Source: Balanoglossus misakiensis
Taxonomy: Eukaryota > Animalia > Hemichordata
DNA: 64,000 nucleotides
Direction of reading: 5' to 3'
Assembly (NCBI GenBank): GCA_040954595.2
Contig: CM082583.2
Location: 1,684,925-1,748,924 of the forward strand
In this document: in pieces, positions 47,636-60,489 of the stretch
Layout of the letters: each line of letters opens with the position of its first letter
Position numbering within the stretch: the first letter of the stretch is position 1
Notes under the pieces: generated by a model
The model's database searches: none
The model's input: the letters and a program-made list of their open reading frames with translations, nothing else
Told to the model about the DNA's origin: nothing
Translations under genes and position numbers: made by a program

Positions 47636-50600
47636 TACCTAATTCTAGGCTTACCAGTAGGGTTATAGATACAGTGTATTATATTAACATGCATTAATAT
47701 GAAACTAAATGTTGATGGTTAATTAAAGACCCCCTTGAGCTATGGTAACCTCATTAAATATGTGCATATCTTATTCTAGTGGATGTGGTAACCTGGACAT
47801 GGACAACTTCGGGGTCAAAATCTTTTGACAAACTTTTGGGTGATCTTGGGTAAACTTTGACCTACATTCCTATCTTGGCATCCGGCACAGATACATCCTT
47901 GACACTTGGAGTGATGGAACTATGTAATGGAATATTATGTCTTGCCTCATTAATTATGTACATACATAATGCCAGCCTAACCAATAGGGCTGGAAGTCTG
48001 CCTTTTTTTGGACATGATAAATTTGAGATCAACATTTTTCTACAGCAGCCAGCCTTCTCTTAAAAAGAATGGACAATATAAAGGCTTTGCTGGTATACTG
48101 AACTTTTGACTCCCTCCCTGAGACTGTGTGCCAATGACGGGATAGCCTACTCAGCGTTGGGTAGATCCCAAGAAGGCCTCAGCCAGGCATCAGATACAAA
48201 AAGCGGAAATCCAAGCTTTAAATGGTGGGTTACATCGTTAACTTCCCTGCAAAGCTGATTTCTCAGACTGTGAGCCAATGACGGGTAAAGCCCCTAGGTA
48301 GGGGCCACCTAAGACAGGCCGGTCATGCTTTAGTCACAAAGAAGGGCAAGTTCAGTCATACCATAACTTTGTCTGCTGTATATGCTTCATAATGATTGCA
48401 TGGTATTTTGAGAATACATTGTCTTAAGGCAGTGTGACCAGCTAAAAAGTACTGGCAAACACAGCCAATGTGTAATAAAAAACATCTCATGTGGCTAAAT
48501 AAAAGACATAAAACACAGCAAAAGCACTGTGACTAGCTGAGACATAATACTCCATTATGCATTTCCATCACTCCAAGTGTCAAGGTTGCATCTGCTCTGG
48601 ATGCCAAGATATAGTAATGTTGGTCAAGGTTTACCCAAAGTCACCCAAAGTTTTGTCAAACAATTTTGACCCCAATGTTGTCCATGTTTAGGTTTCTCTC
48701 TCCACTGGATAGCCTACAATTAGATATGCAAATATTTAATGACGTTACCATAGATTAAGGCGGTCCTAAATTAACCATGAAATTATAGTTTCATGTTAAT
48801 TCTTGTTATTACAAAACACTGTATCTATAACCCTTCTGGAAGCCATACTTTGTTTCATGCTACCCAATATGTTAAAGTAGGTAAAAAATCAGCCAAGGTT
48901 ATTTGAAATTTTGCTGAAAAAAATCCGGTCCCTGACATTTGGTAAAGGGGTCAAGACACTTGGCAACAAATTTTTGTCCCAGATTAGAACATATTCATAA
49001 AAAATCAGGGAAAGAAGGAAGTTTTTCACAGCTTTGGTGCTTCAAATAGTAGAGAGGTTCCCAAGTTATTTCAATGAAACCTTAATGTCAACATTACATC
49101 GTTAGACTCAAACTCATCTGGCATAAAGCTGCTAGTTAAAGCCCTAAGGGTTGTGCCACTTTTTCATTATTTTCATCTAGGATTTGTCAATCTAAATAAG
49201 CTTACTGCTAGGTATACATCTACATGAACACCTTGTTGACAGACGATTGTGGCTGTAATTTAAAGAAGTCAGATATTTAACAGGTACCACACCTGTTTAA
49301 TCTGCCTCTATACAAAGGGTACACATCTATAGTGGTATGCATCACCTAGATATGACAAACATAAGCACTACAAGTAATATGGCTTTATGGTGGCGATTTT
49401 GAAGGATGTGGAGAAGATTTGAAAAACACTCTTGAGGAAAAAGATGTGTTAAATCTTTGAAATGTGTTTTATTCTTTGGTTCCCATTTCGTATATGTCTA
49501 TCTACCACTGGGACCAATGTGAAATTGGTGGAAACTGGTCAAATTGCTTTAGAAATTGGTGTGTATTCATTTTGAGACCTCATGGATTTTTTTTTCATTT
49601 TTTGAAGTATATTTTTGGGGTGATTTTGGTCAAATACTCAAAAACCTCTACTCACAGTTCTTTGAAATTTGGTTTGCAGGTTCCTAGGTGTGTTATCACG
49701 ACATTTTAACAAATCCTATGATGGAAGTGTCAATATAGTTTTTGTGGACAATTTTTGCCATTTTTGTTTGATTGCTTTGCAATTTTTTGTTTTGCAGTTT
49801 CCAGGGGATTTTTTTAATGTGGTATATCATAAATGTTCTGAAAATGAAAAAATTGTATTTTGGGGGCATAAAAAAAATTCTCAGAAAGTGCATGGTTGAT
49901 CACTTTAAAAGTTTAGTTGTGAGTTAATGATATGTGCTTCTTTAGAATGATAATTGAATCAAATCATAGCTGAATTAGTTTTTTTGTTTATTTTGTTAGA
50001 TATTTTTTCCTTATACCTCAAAAATTCTTATTATAAAAGGGAAATTACCATTACATAGTTGTTTGCAATTAAGGAGGACCCCCTCCCCCACTGAAAATCG
50101 TATACACCTTGATCTCTCTATGTCTGTATTCATGTCTGTATGTATGTTTTACAAATGTATGCTCCCAATAAGAGTGAAATGATTTTTTTTATCGTAATAC
50201 TTCTAAAGTGATTATTTCCTATGAGATATGCAGTCTTATTACCTAATCGTTTCTGAAATTCTACCTCATGCTGTGTATAAAAAGTCTAATATATGTCATT
50301 GTCAAGATCCCCAAAACAGGCTGATATAGTATCACATAACATTTGATAAAAGTATCCCAAACAGTGTGGCCATGTCTTCATAACACAAAATGTGAGTGAT
50401 ATACTACTTGAATATTTTTGTCATGTTTTCCACTATAATAGTACTGTTTCTGTAGATATCAGATGTTTTATGTTATTTAAATAACCGTGATAGACAACAC
50501 ATTTTAATGTAAGCCATCATGTGCAAATGTGATAGCCATGGCCGTGTAAGATACACTCCCCAATTTCACGAAATTCACACATGTGCTTTACCATTGAACT

Positions 50601-51216
50601 GGCACACTGCAAATTTTGAAACTACGATATTGATCACAATCACACGCACACTCACAGCATTCTTTTTTGGAATAGAGGTACTAACACTATCAATTATTAT
50701 GCTTTTGAATCCCCAATAAAGAATATATAGAATTTAACAGGATTTATATTTGCACGCAAAGTATAAAATTCCCTTGTGCCGTAGAAATGAAAATCTGCAA
50801 CTGGTGGTCCTTCTGCCAGTAAGAAGCATCAGAAAAATTCTGCATGCTCATCGTCCAGACAATTTTGGTATACAGAAAAAAACACTAGAATGACAACAGC
50901 TACATGTATGTAGGCTAGCAATAGGAACACAGATAACAATTCTCCATATTCATTTTTAAATACGATAAGATTCGCTGAAATTGGCACATCTGTGTGCAGG
51001 CAAAGTCAGTTCCAACTCGGCTTGCAAATCGGACCAATGTCTCTTGTTCGCTGAGACTGTATGGTTCTAGTAATAGCTGTAAGAACTTGATCATTGACCA
51101 AACTCTTGGTTCAATTTTGCAACATTTTATGATTTCAAGCTGTACATATTTAACTCCGTTTCAACTATGGTTGGAGGGATAATAATGGAGCCATTTCACT
51201 GACAAAATAGCGCTTA

Positions 51217-52019
51217 GGGACCATTCAGTTTTTACGGTGGGGGAGGCTGGCAAAATCCAGGGGGTCACTTAAATTTTGAAATCCAAAAGAGGGAGTCATC
51301 TTTTTTTCAAACGTTTAGGGGGGAGGTCATATACATGTACCCACCGATGCTAACTTTGAGTGGAGTGGCAACAGTAAAATTGGTCCTTTCAAACATTGAG
51401 ATAATTTGCTTTTGACTTCATTAAAATGCAACTTTGAGCTACATATTTTACAAAGTTTTCTTATGTGGAAAGGGGACAAGCCCTCCCACACCCATCCCCT
51501 TACTTTGCCACATATAGTGTACCAGGGCAGAATACTTGCCATCCCACCCCCACTGATGTTAACTTTGAGTGGCAAAAGTCAAATTTGTCCTCCCCAACAT
51601 TAAGTTAATTTGCCTTTGAGTTCATTAAAATGCATTAATTGTATTTTACAAAATTGTCCTACGTACACCCACCCCTTCCACTTTTCTTGTTTTACCAATT
51701 CTACCAACTATTGTATTGACGTGTCCTTTTAATTTATCCATAGACTTCTTTATTGCAACGCTATACTATTATACACTTCAAATTATAAATTTCTTTAAGA
51801 AATTTAGAATTGAGGTGTGAGGAGACCCTTTACCTAGTGTACATAAGATAAGGATGGCGAATGTTTTCGGGGTGGGAGGAGGGTCATCATATTTTGGTCC
51901 TGTCAAAGGGGGGGGGGGTCATCATTTTTTTGGTCCTGGTTGAAGGGGGTGTCGGCCTGATTTTGAAAACCAATGACACAAACTTTTGCCCCCCCCCTCC
52001 ACCAAAACTGAACAGTCCC
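51217..52019. mobile_element. PIF/Harbinger-like MITE with TTA TSD
   Basis: TTA-GGGACCATTCAGTTTT ... AAAACTGAACAGTCCC-TTA. Absent at the paralogous sites (about 21510, 27360 and 44350). Interior resembles the 28728-29525 MITE. Confidence 0.82.
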
Positions 52020-54804
52020 TTACTAAAGGACGTCAATGTCTGTTTACAGTCAAATGCATTGCCATCAGAAAAAAAAAATGCAAACAATTTCTTATGTTTG
52101 TAGTACGCACTTTTTGTATATCTGTAAACTGTGTCTCAGTTGTGAAATTCTAAGGAAATTTGTTCCTTGGGTAGAATAAAGGATTCTTAAACAAACTTAG
52201 TCACGAAAGCTAAATGGTTACCTCAGAGAAACTGTGTTAAATTTGGTCATCATTGTTTTAAATCACACAAGACATTCCCACAGCTAAGTTACTGCAGCAG
52301 TCAGTTTCAACTCAGCTTGCAAATTGAGATCATGTCTTGTGTTCATCGAGACTGTCTGTAGTCGAGTTGACAGTCACTACAACTGTATTGCAAATATGGC
52401 AGGGTTGGGCAACTCTTCTAATTTGCATTTGAACACCTTTTCTGTTTGCGTCAAAATGATGAATAATGTTTCGTTTTCAAGAATGCCTTAATATGGGCAC
52501 CCAAAACAAGACAACTGCATTGCAAATGGCATTTTCATTCAACTCTCCTGGGTACCTAAAACAATTTCAACATGGTTGACATGGCAATATTAGACAACTG
52601 TTCTAATTTGCATAATCCAAAATGGCCGCAAAATTTCTCTAACATGTTAATTTCCCATATTTGTCTTAAATGGTGTGTAATATCGAATTTGCAGGGTTTC
52701 CATTAACATGGGTACCTAAAACAATTTCAACATGGTTGACATGGCAATATTAGACAACTGCTCTAATTTGCATAATTCAAACACCTGCTGGATAATTTAA
52801 CTTTTATTTTTGCCATTCTTGTCCCATGATTGTATGTATTATATCTCATAACAGGCAATTAAGTGTGCTAATTGTCAAGCCAATCTTAATTCTTCATCTG
52901 CACCACAAATCAGATGCAAGGTTTAGGACTGGGAGTGTATGTGGGAGCAGCATATAGGGGCCTACAGGTATCTTTAATGGCAAGTCTTCGGTTAAAGCCA
53001 GAAGGTTTTCAGGTTGTAGGCCTCTATTGTATCTGCAACAGTTTCTATCACCTCCATCCCACTGGCCGGCACCCGAGGGGGGGTGGGGGTACTTCAAAAT
53101 TTTTCGGATGGTAGTCTGTCGCCCCAGTCGATAACATCAACACGTGTAAATGCCCAAAATCCGACCTATTTGTATTATAAGTCAAATTTTCTGGTCATTT
53201 ACCCCAAGTTTTACTTAAAGACTACATACCTATACACCTTTGTATGGGAGAACACATCCCCCACCCCCCTGCCAACACTAATTGGACAACTTTATTCTTG
53301 TTATACTTCTTTATAAGTCTAAATGTTCAGTAAGAAAAGGCAACAAGTTATTGAAGCTGCTGACCATGCAAACTATGATGAAGTATATTTTTTTCCTAGC
53401 TGTACATGTACAGTATAATTGGCCCAATGTACCAATTGGAGATGTGTGCCTTACAAGCAACACAGGTTGTATATCCAAGCCTTGTCTGTTGGCACTATGA
53501 AGGGTATTGGAAGAATGTCTCTGCTGGCCACTTTGGCCAGCCACTTTTGGCCAGCAGACTATCAAAAGGGTCAAGAAAATAGCCCTAAAAGGTATGGCAC
53601 TGTATGCAAATCTAGTGCAGGAGTGGATTGATACATTTCCCATCACTGTACATGCATCATCCTGTATGGATGATATGTACTCTAGCATTATGCACCAGAT
53701 AAAAATGGTCAAAATTGCAAAAAAAGGAGATGAAACTCCCACTGTCCTTTAACGCAATCCATAGATAAAGAGACAACATGTTCAGGCATTGGATCTAAAC
53801 ATGGTGGATACTGACGAGGGTGTGGTGAATGATGGTGAATCCCTGGATGTTTTGAGGTTGGAATTCTGAAAAGGATTCCCATCGTGAGATTGAGGAACAG
53901 GATGATGCAGAGGGGCTGGCTCTTTGTGACTCCTATCAGTGGGGATAGACATATATTTGGGATACAGAGGTTGCACTTCCTTGCTTCATGATTAGTACGG
54001 TAACACTGCCAAATTTGCAACACAGTTGTATTGTTAAAGGTACCCATATGAATGTGCTAATCCTGAAAATACGATATTGCACATCATTTTGGGAAACATG
54101 GCAAAATTTCACTTTTAGTGGTGATTGGCGGCCATTTTTGATTATGCAAAATAGAAAAGTTGCCAAACACTGCCATACTTGCAATACATAACCAATATGG
54201 ATGCAAATCCTGAAATTTTAGATATTACACATAATTTTGAGAAAAAAGGGCCAAGTTTTATTTTAGAGAAGGTATTTGGCGGCCATTTTTGATCATGCAT
54301 ATTAGAAGAATTGTCCATCATTGCCATTTTGGCAACTCAGCTGGAATAGGTCTAGGCTCCCATATGAATGCCAATAAGCAAAAAACTTCATAGGAAAGAA
54401 AATTTCTAGGTAGGAAAATTTTGACTCAACTTCTGGTTCTAATAATAGGTGTAAGGATGTGATCGTTTGATTTTGCAACATTTTACAATTTCAAGCTGTG
54501 TGTCTTTAACAGTTGTTGTTGTAGGGACAAATGGCTCAAACCATTCAGCTGACAATATAGCACTACACATTGTGCAGTACCTTTGACAATGCTTGGAACA
54601 ATGTTGCAACAAAGCTTTGTGTTGAAGCTTGCTACAAGACTTGGCGTGCTGAAGCCTCTTATACTAGTCTTAGTTGAACCTCAGCTGTAACTACGTTTGT
54701 GAAACCTTAACATTCAAATCTTTGGCCAAAGTTAGTGTTGCAAAGCTTCTTCAAAGTTTTGTGAACCTCAACAATGCTTTTCTATAGAAACCTTTAAACA
54801 TGCG

Positions 54805-56355
54805 GGGGGGAGGGGGGACACCAACATCGTAGTCAGTGAGGTCATCTATGGTGGTGGGCGCGTCTTCCACTCGGCACTCCTCTGCGCACGCTTGGGGGAT
54901 AAAAAATGCATCAAAAACCCCTGGCGCGTCCTCGCTCCCCCTGCGTCGATGGATTCTGTGCGACTGCTTCCGCCCCCGTCCTCTCTGGTTGCTGTGTCCG
55001 GATTGATGATGTTCTCCGGTGAGGTCGGATTTCCCGGAATTCTTCCTGTCGTGATTGGGATACCCACCTCAGCAGTATGCTAAGGACACGCCAGTGGATG
55101 AGAATCGCTGGTGTGGTGGGGGAGCTCAGTCGGAACCTGTTCGGCACCTCCCACCCCTGGAAGACGCACAGGCGCTTCATCATCACCATGGACTCCGGTG
55201 AACAAAAGGATTCCGTAGGGATCCGTCCAGGTCCGCCCCTGCGGATAAAGAAGTCTAGCAGGTCGGGTATTTCATTTCCTGGACCACACAGCCAGTATAG
55301 GTGAGTTTCTCTAACTCCTCCACCGCGTCCCGCTCGCGGAATACTTCCGGCTTCTCAGTAAAAATAACTGGAAGGTGGCACTGAAAGGCGTGTTTCTTCA
55401 GTTTGCGCGTGGACCTCCGGCATCCCGGGAACGGACATGGAGAAGGGCCTGATGAGTAATGTGGAACAGAGGATAGGGGGCTCCTTCGGGCCGGCCTGGC
55501 GCTCCTCCAGCGGCGTTCGTCTTCTTTGGGCGGTTCCAGCGTCGGATACCGGATCGGTGATCGACGTCTGGGGCTGAGATCTCCCCAGCGTGAAAAGGAT
55601 AATCGTTCACGGGAAGGTGGGCGGTCCCGCCTTTCCTCTCGAGAACGCTCCGTTCGCGGCGACCGGGTTGGGGATCTGGACCTAGTAGGGCTGCCGGGGT
55701 GGCGTCGAAGTTCCCAGGGGATTAGATATTCCCCCGCCTCCAACGTCGCTTCCAGCTCCAATGGGTTGATCAGTGACTGCAGCGGCAGCGTTTCTTGGCG
55801 TGGGGGTGATGGCTCCTGCAGCAGCCGTTGGTTTCCCCCGTCTCTCGCTACTGCTATTGGGGGTGATACACGGGTGTGGGGTGGGTCTGGCCCTTCCGAC
55901 ACCTCCATCGCCTGGTCCTTGTCGCCACCGAGTACCTGTTTTTCCAGCTGCGGATCCCGGAAGATGCTCAAAGTTTCCTCCAGGTCGTCAGCTGCGGTGG
56001 TGGTTCTTGTGGGCTCTTGCGGGGAGATATGGCCAACGAATCCCCCACGTACGCGGCCTGGATTGAACTCCCGAGGTAGTGTGCAGGTTTTTATGGCTGC
56101 GTCGGATGGTACGGGCAGGTTGGCTTCGGTCTTTTCCTTCCCGTATACATGTATGGCCTCCTCCCGTACCGTGGACATCCATCCTATGTCGCCTAGAACC
56201 GTGGCTACTTGACAGTTCTCACGGAGCATCAGGAACATTGTATCCTCGTCTACACCAAGTTGCCTCAGTCGGGGGATGACACTGATGGGGTCCAACAGTT
56301 TCCCTCGGCCGCAGCGATAGCATATCTCCTCTAATTCGAGTTGTCTGGAATCCAT
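54805..56355 (-). CDS. Extra ORF downstream of Gypsy pol (unknown product; frameshifted and truncated at the 3' end)
   Basis: 366-aa ORF with an Arg/Ser/Pro-rich linker and a CPFPGC...H...H Zn-finger-like motif. It is preceded by a strong splice acceptor and continues after a frameshift into ORF 54911-55189 (PAILIHWRVL). Confidence 0.6.
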
Positions 56356-56460
56356 TCTGGGGACAAAAAGAAAAAAAAGAAAATTAACGGTTAGTGGGTC
56401 CTCGCCTGTGACGAGTCATAGCCCTACCCGATGGCATTTTCCCCTTTTCCCTGTGTTCCC

Positions 56461-57951
56461 TTAATCGTCGATCCCCTCCCCCTCGCAGTTCGGACAGTGG
56501 AAGGGATCAGTCGAGTTGACCTGCTTTTGGGTGAGATTGACGCATGTGCTGTGGAACCAGTCGTAACAGCTGTCACACTGGACCATCAGCTTCTCTGTGT
56601 CCGGCCCACGGCAGATACAGTAGGTCTGTTCCCGGTTTTTGTCCTGCGGATCAGGATCCCCACCCTTTAGGGGCAGTGACCTCTTGAATTTAACTATCCA
56701 GCTGGGCAGTTGCGCTTCCCTACACAACCTTATTCTGTCGTGGTTCGCGGTGGCGATGCGTCTCGGAAGTTTCACTCGGTACAAATATGGCGATAATTTC
56801 GCTATCACTATTCCTGGTCCTTTCCATGGGGGGCTCAGTTTTTTACATTTCCATCTCACCGTCACTGAGTCCAGAAGGTAGACGGGATCTCCGACTTCAT
56901 ATGAACGGAGTCGGGCCTTCAAGTCGTAGTCCCGCTTCATTCTTTCCTGGGTGACCTGCAGTTTTTCCTGAGCGAGGTCATGGGCTTCTTTGATGGCGCT
57001 CCCCAGGCTGCTCACATATTCTTCATGGTCTTGGGCTGGCGTTGGTTTCCCGAAGACCAGGTCGGCCGGTTGGTTCACTTCCCGCCCCAGCATAAGGCGA
57101 TTAGGTGTGAATCCAGTATTTCTGTTTACGGAGGTCCGAATGGCTCCGGCGATTTGGGGTAGGAATTTGTCCCACTCGTTCTGTTTGCATCCATGAGGGT
57201 CCGGTTTTGCCGCTCCATCTGGCTGTTCGCGGAACAGCTGACTTTCGAAATTACTGCCTCTATCTGTGAATATCTCGAATGGCCATCCGAATCGAGAAAA
57301 GAATTCCCCTACAGCTGCCTTAGCGGTTGCCTCTGCCGTTTGGGTAGGCAGTGGAATGCACTCTACCCACTTGGTGAATTGGTCGACCATGACTAGGATA
57401 TATTCGTTTTTTCGGGGTGTCCGGGGCAGTGGTCCAAGGAAGTCCAGATGTACCCTTTCCATAGGTGATCCCACGTGGTATCGGGTCAGAGGGCACCTCG
57501 CATGTCACTGTGGTTTCTTGTGCTTGTTGCAGTCGTGGCACGAGGCTACGTAGCTGCGTACATCATCTGCCATCCGATGCCAGTGGTACTTCATTTGGAG
57601 TCTGGCCAGCGTCCGTTGCACGCCCTGATGTCCCGCTGAGGGGATCGCATGGTTCAGTTCAATTACTTCCGATATCATTGTTCTGGGGATGACCAGTTTT
57701 CCTTCGCCCCCGTCCTCGGATTTCCTCCGGAGTACTGGCATCTTCGGGTCCACATAATATATCTCGCGGTTTATCCAGGCATGTTTTGCGGCGGTGCTGA
57801 GTAGTTCCAATGCGCTTTCCGCGGGGGGTTGACCAGTATCCAGCCATTCCAGTATCGGCCGTAGATCGGCATCCTCCTGATGTTGCCGGTGTATCGTTTC
57901 CGAGGTTTCTCGCCACGGCGTGTCGGTCTCTGGCGAGCTGCTCCTGGTCAC
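56461..57951 (-). pseudogene. Gypsy integrase (HHCC plus core, frameshifted and deleted near the catalytic Glu) with C-terminal PHD finger
   Basis: NHAIPSAGHQG...CHDC, ERVHLDFLGPLP, WKGPGIV, and terminal YCICRGPDTEKLMVQCDSCYDWFHSTCVNL...FHCPNC (C4HC3). Confidence 0.9.
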
Positions 57952-58190
57952 CGTGCATACCTTGGGGTCCTCCTATTCCGCCTGTGTACCTTCACTGAAG
58001 TAGGTGTCCTCTCCCATGGAGTCTATTCCGATTGACTTTAGTATTTCGTCGAAATCGAATCCTTCTCCTGGGTCCTCTGGGGGGTCTGCGAGGTGGTCAC
58101 TCGCTTCGTCTTCTTCGCTGCCTAAGTTTACCGTGCAGACGTCTTGCCTAATGTCATTGGATGGTTGTGAGGCTAACGGTATTACTTCGT

Positions 58191-58796
58191 CTACCCCGGT
58201 GACGAAGTCTCCCCAATTTCTCGTTGGCAATAGTCACATCCGCCGCAGGGAAGTTCGTCCGGCGTAACGCTGTGGCGGTAGTGTCCCTGCGGTTCAATTC
58301 TGGATAGGGCATCCGCGTTGAGGTGTTTGTTCCCCGGCCTATGCTGAACCGTCATGTTGTACTGGCTAAGTTCTTCCAACCACCGGGCCAATTGTCCTTG
58401 GGGCGCTTTAAACCTCAGCAGCCAGGCCAGACTGCTGTGGTCCGTCCGTTTTATGAAATGGTTCCCCAGCAAGTAGTGTCGGAATAACCGGGTAAATCGT
58501 ACTACTGCTAGGAGTTCTTTTCGGGTCGTGCAGTACCTTGTTTGTTCGGGTGTTAATGCGAAGCTGGCGTATGCGCTCACTCGTTCTTCTCCATCCTGCA
58601 CCTGGAGAAGTTCCGCTCCCACGGCAATGTCCGATGCGTCCGTGTCCAATGTGAACAGGTCTTTTGGGTTCGGTAACGTGAGTACCGGCGCCGATGTTAA
58701 GCAATCTTTTAGCGCCTCGAAGGCCAGCCGTTGCTCTCCGCCCCACTTGAAAGGCTTTTTTCCGTAACTGCGTACAGCGGGCGGCCAACTTGGCAT
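58191..58796 (-). pseudogene. Gypsy RNase H
   Basis: FTLDTDASDIAVGAEL, YCTTRKELLAVV, TDHSSL, NADALSR. Confidence 0.92.
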
Positions 58797-58827
58797 GATC
58801 CTTTATAAACGAGCGGTGTTAATTGGC

Positions 58828-59700
58828 TTACCCTGCGAAAAGTTCCACCTCCTTGGTGTTTTTTGGTGTCGGCCAGTTGCGTACCACGTCAACGGAACGC
58901 GGGTCCAGTCCTATGGTTCCTTTGCGGACAATCCGCCCCAGGAACTCCACCTCTGTCTGAAACAGTTCACACTTGCGGGGGCGTAGTTTCAACCTGTATT
59001 CCCGGATCCGGGTGAACACGTCTCGCAGATTCTGGAGATGGTTTGCAAAGTCCGCCCCAAGTACCATGATGTCGTCTAAAAATGCTAGTACTACCTCCCA
59101 TGTCAGCCCACGCAGCACCAGATTCATGGCTCGCGAGTATGTGGCAGTGGTGTTGCACAGGGCGAAGGGCATACGGGCGAATTCATACAGCCCGTACTTT
59201 GTGGTAAAGGCAGTCTTCTTGCGGTCCTCTTTGTCCACTTGTATTTGCCAGTACGCTGAATTGGCATCTAGTTTCGAGAACCACTCGTTCCCGGCCAGCG
59301 TGTCCATGCAGTCCTCTATCAGCGGCAAGGGGAATACGTCTTTTCCGATCACATTGTTCAGCGACTGATAGTCGACGCACCAGCGGACTGTCCCGTCCCT
59401 CTTCCTTACCAATACTGGTGCCGAAGCCCATTCTGATGTTGAAGGTTGGATTACCCCTGACCGCAGCATTTTCTTGAGGTGGGCCTCCTCCTCCCCCGCG
59501 AAGCGTAGTGGGGTTCGGCGCATCCTCTGCTTCACTGGTCGCGCGTCCCCTGTATCGATACTGTGCGCAAGGGCTGTGAAGTTCCCCAGGTCGTATTCAT
59601 TTGCAGCAAAGACATCCTGGAACTCGATTAGTAGCTCTTTCATTTCATGGGACTGTTTCTCCGTCAGATTGGCTGCTGATTTTTCTGACAATTCCCTCAA
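58828..59700 (-). pseudogene. Gypsy reverse transcriptase
   Basis: RT motifs including AFLDDIMVLG. Confidence 0.92.
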
Positions 59701-60113
59701 GTGGTCTGGGAGCTCGTCTTCGCCATGTGGTTAAGTTTCTGTGAGTAGTTCAAGCTCGTTGACTGTGCCTGTGGCGATTATTCTCACATCCTGAAGGAAC
59801 GAACCGAATTGAAGTAGCTGTAACAGTATAGAAAACATTTTCCAATTTCCGAAAAGTAGCCGTTTTTTAAACTTTTTTCAAGGAAATTAGTGTTTTGTTC
59901 ACAGTACAATATATTTCGATATTTTTCTATGATTATTTTCAAGATGTTTGCGAGTGTGCAGAAAGAAAAGAATAAACTGTGAAATTTCCATAGAAATAAT
60001 GAAGGAGCCATCTTTGGGTTGTATGGATTTGAATATTTCATTGAAAAAAACTAATTATTAAATTATGAATTCAATTAATAGTACAATTTGCAAAAATTGC
60101 TAGTCACTCCAGA

Positions 60114-60478
60114 AGGGTCAGTGGTCGGAAATTTCCAGACACTCAGGGAATGTGAGAGCTTAGAAATTTCCAAGCACTGACAAGGGTCAGTGGTCGGAAA
60201 TTTCCAGACACTCGGGGAATGTGAGAGCCTGGAAATTTCCAAGCACTGACAAGGGTCAGTGGTCGGAAATTTCCAGACACTCAGGGAATGTGAGAGCTTA
60301 GAAATTTCCAAGCACTGACAAGGGTCAGTGGTCGGAAATTTCCAGACACTCAGGGAATGTGGGAGTCTAGAAATTTCCAAGCACTGACAGGGTTAGTGGC
60401 CGGAAATATCCAGACACTCGGGGAATGTGAGAGCCTGGAAATTTCCAAGCATTGACAGGGTCAGTGCTTGGAAATCTT
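60114..60478 (-). repeat. 69-bp tandem repeat, about 5 copies
   Basis: AGGGTCAGTGGTCGGAAATTTCC recurs at 60114, 60183, 60252 and 60321. Confidence 0.92.
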
Positions 60479-60489
60479 GAGTTTCTCTA

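Larger units (their letters stand above)
43221..53462 (-). repeat. Right arm of the giant inverted repeat (about 10.2 kb including its own insertions)
   Basis: Reverse complement of 19061-28275. ORF-track peptides 28111-28446(+) and 43212-43400(-) are near-identical as a by-product. Confidence 0.85.
54800..59760 (-). mobile_element. Truncated Ty3/Gypsy LTR retrotransposon (RT-RH-IN-PHD plus an extra 3' ORF), frameshifted, no gag or LTRs visible
   Basis: RT (SEWASAPVLVRK, LDANSAYWQI, FLDDI), RNase H (LDTDASD, KELLAV, TDHSSL, ADALSR) and integrase (H..H...C..C, HLDFLGPLP, TDRGSNFES) occur in Gypsy order. Confidence 0.93.

Noticed and set aside
53282-54047. Possible decayed coding region at the outer end of the right arm
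   Set aside because: Several short overlapping ORFs with no recognisable motif.
56485-56622. PHD finger as part of a RAG2-like gene paired with the RAG1-like transposase
   Set aside because: It is in frame with a Gypsy integrase, 17 kb outside the TIRs, and has no kelch repeats.
55526-59734. Plus-strand ORFs over the Gypsy element
   Set aside because: Antisense shadows of GC-rich minus-strand coding sequence.
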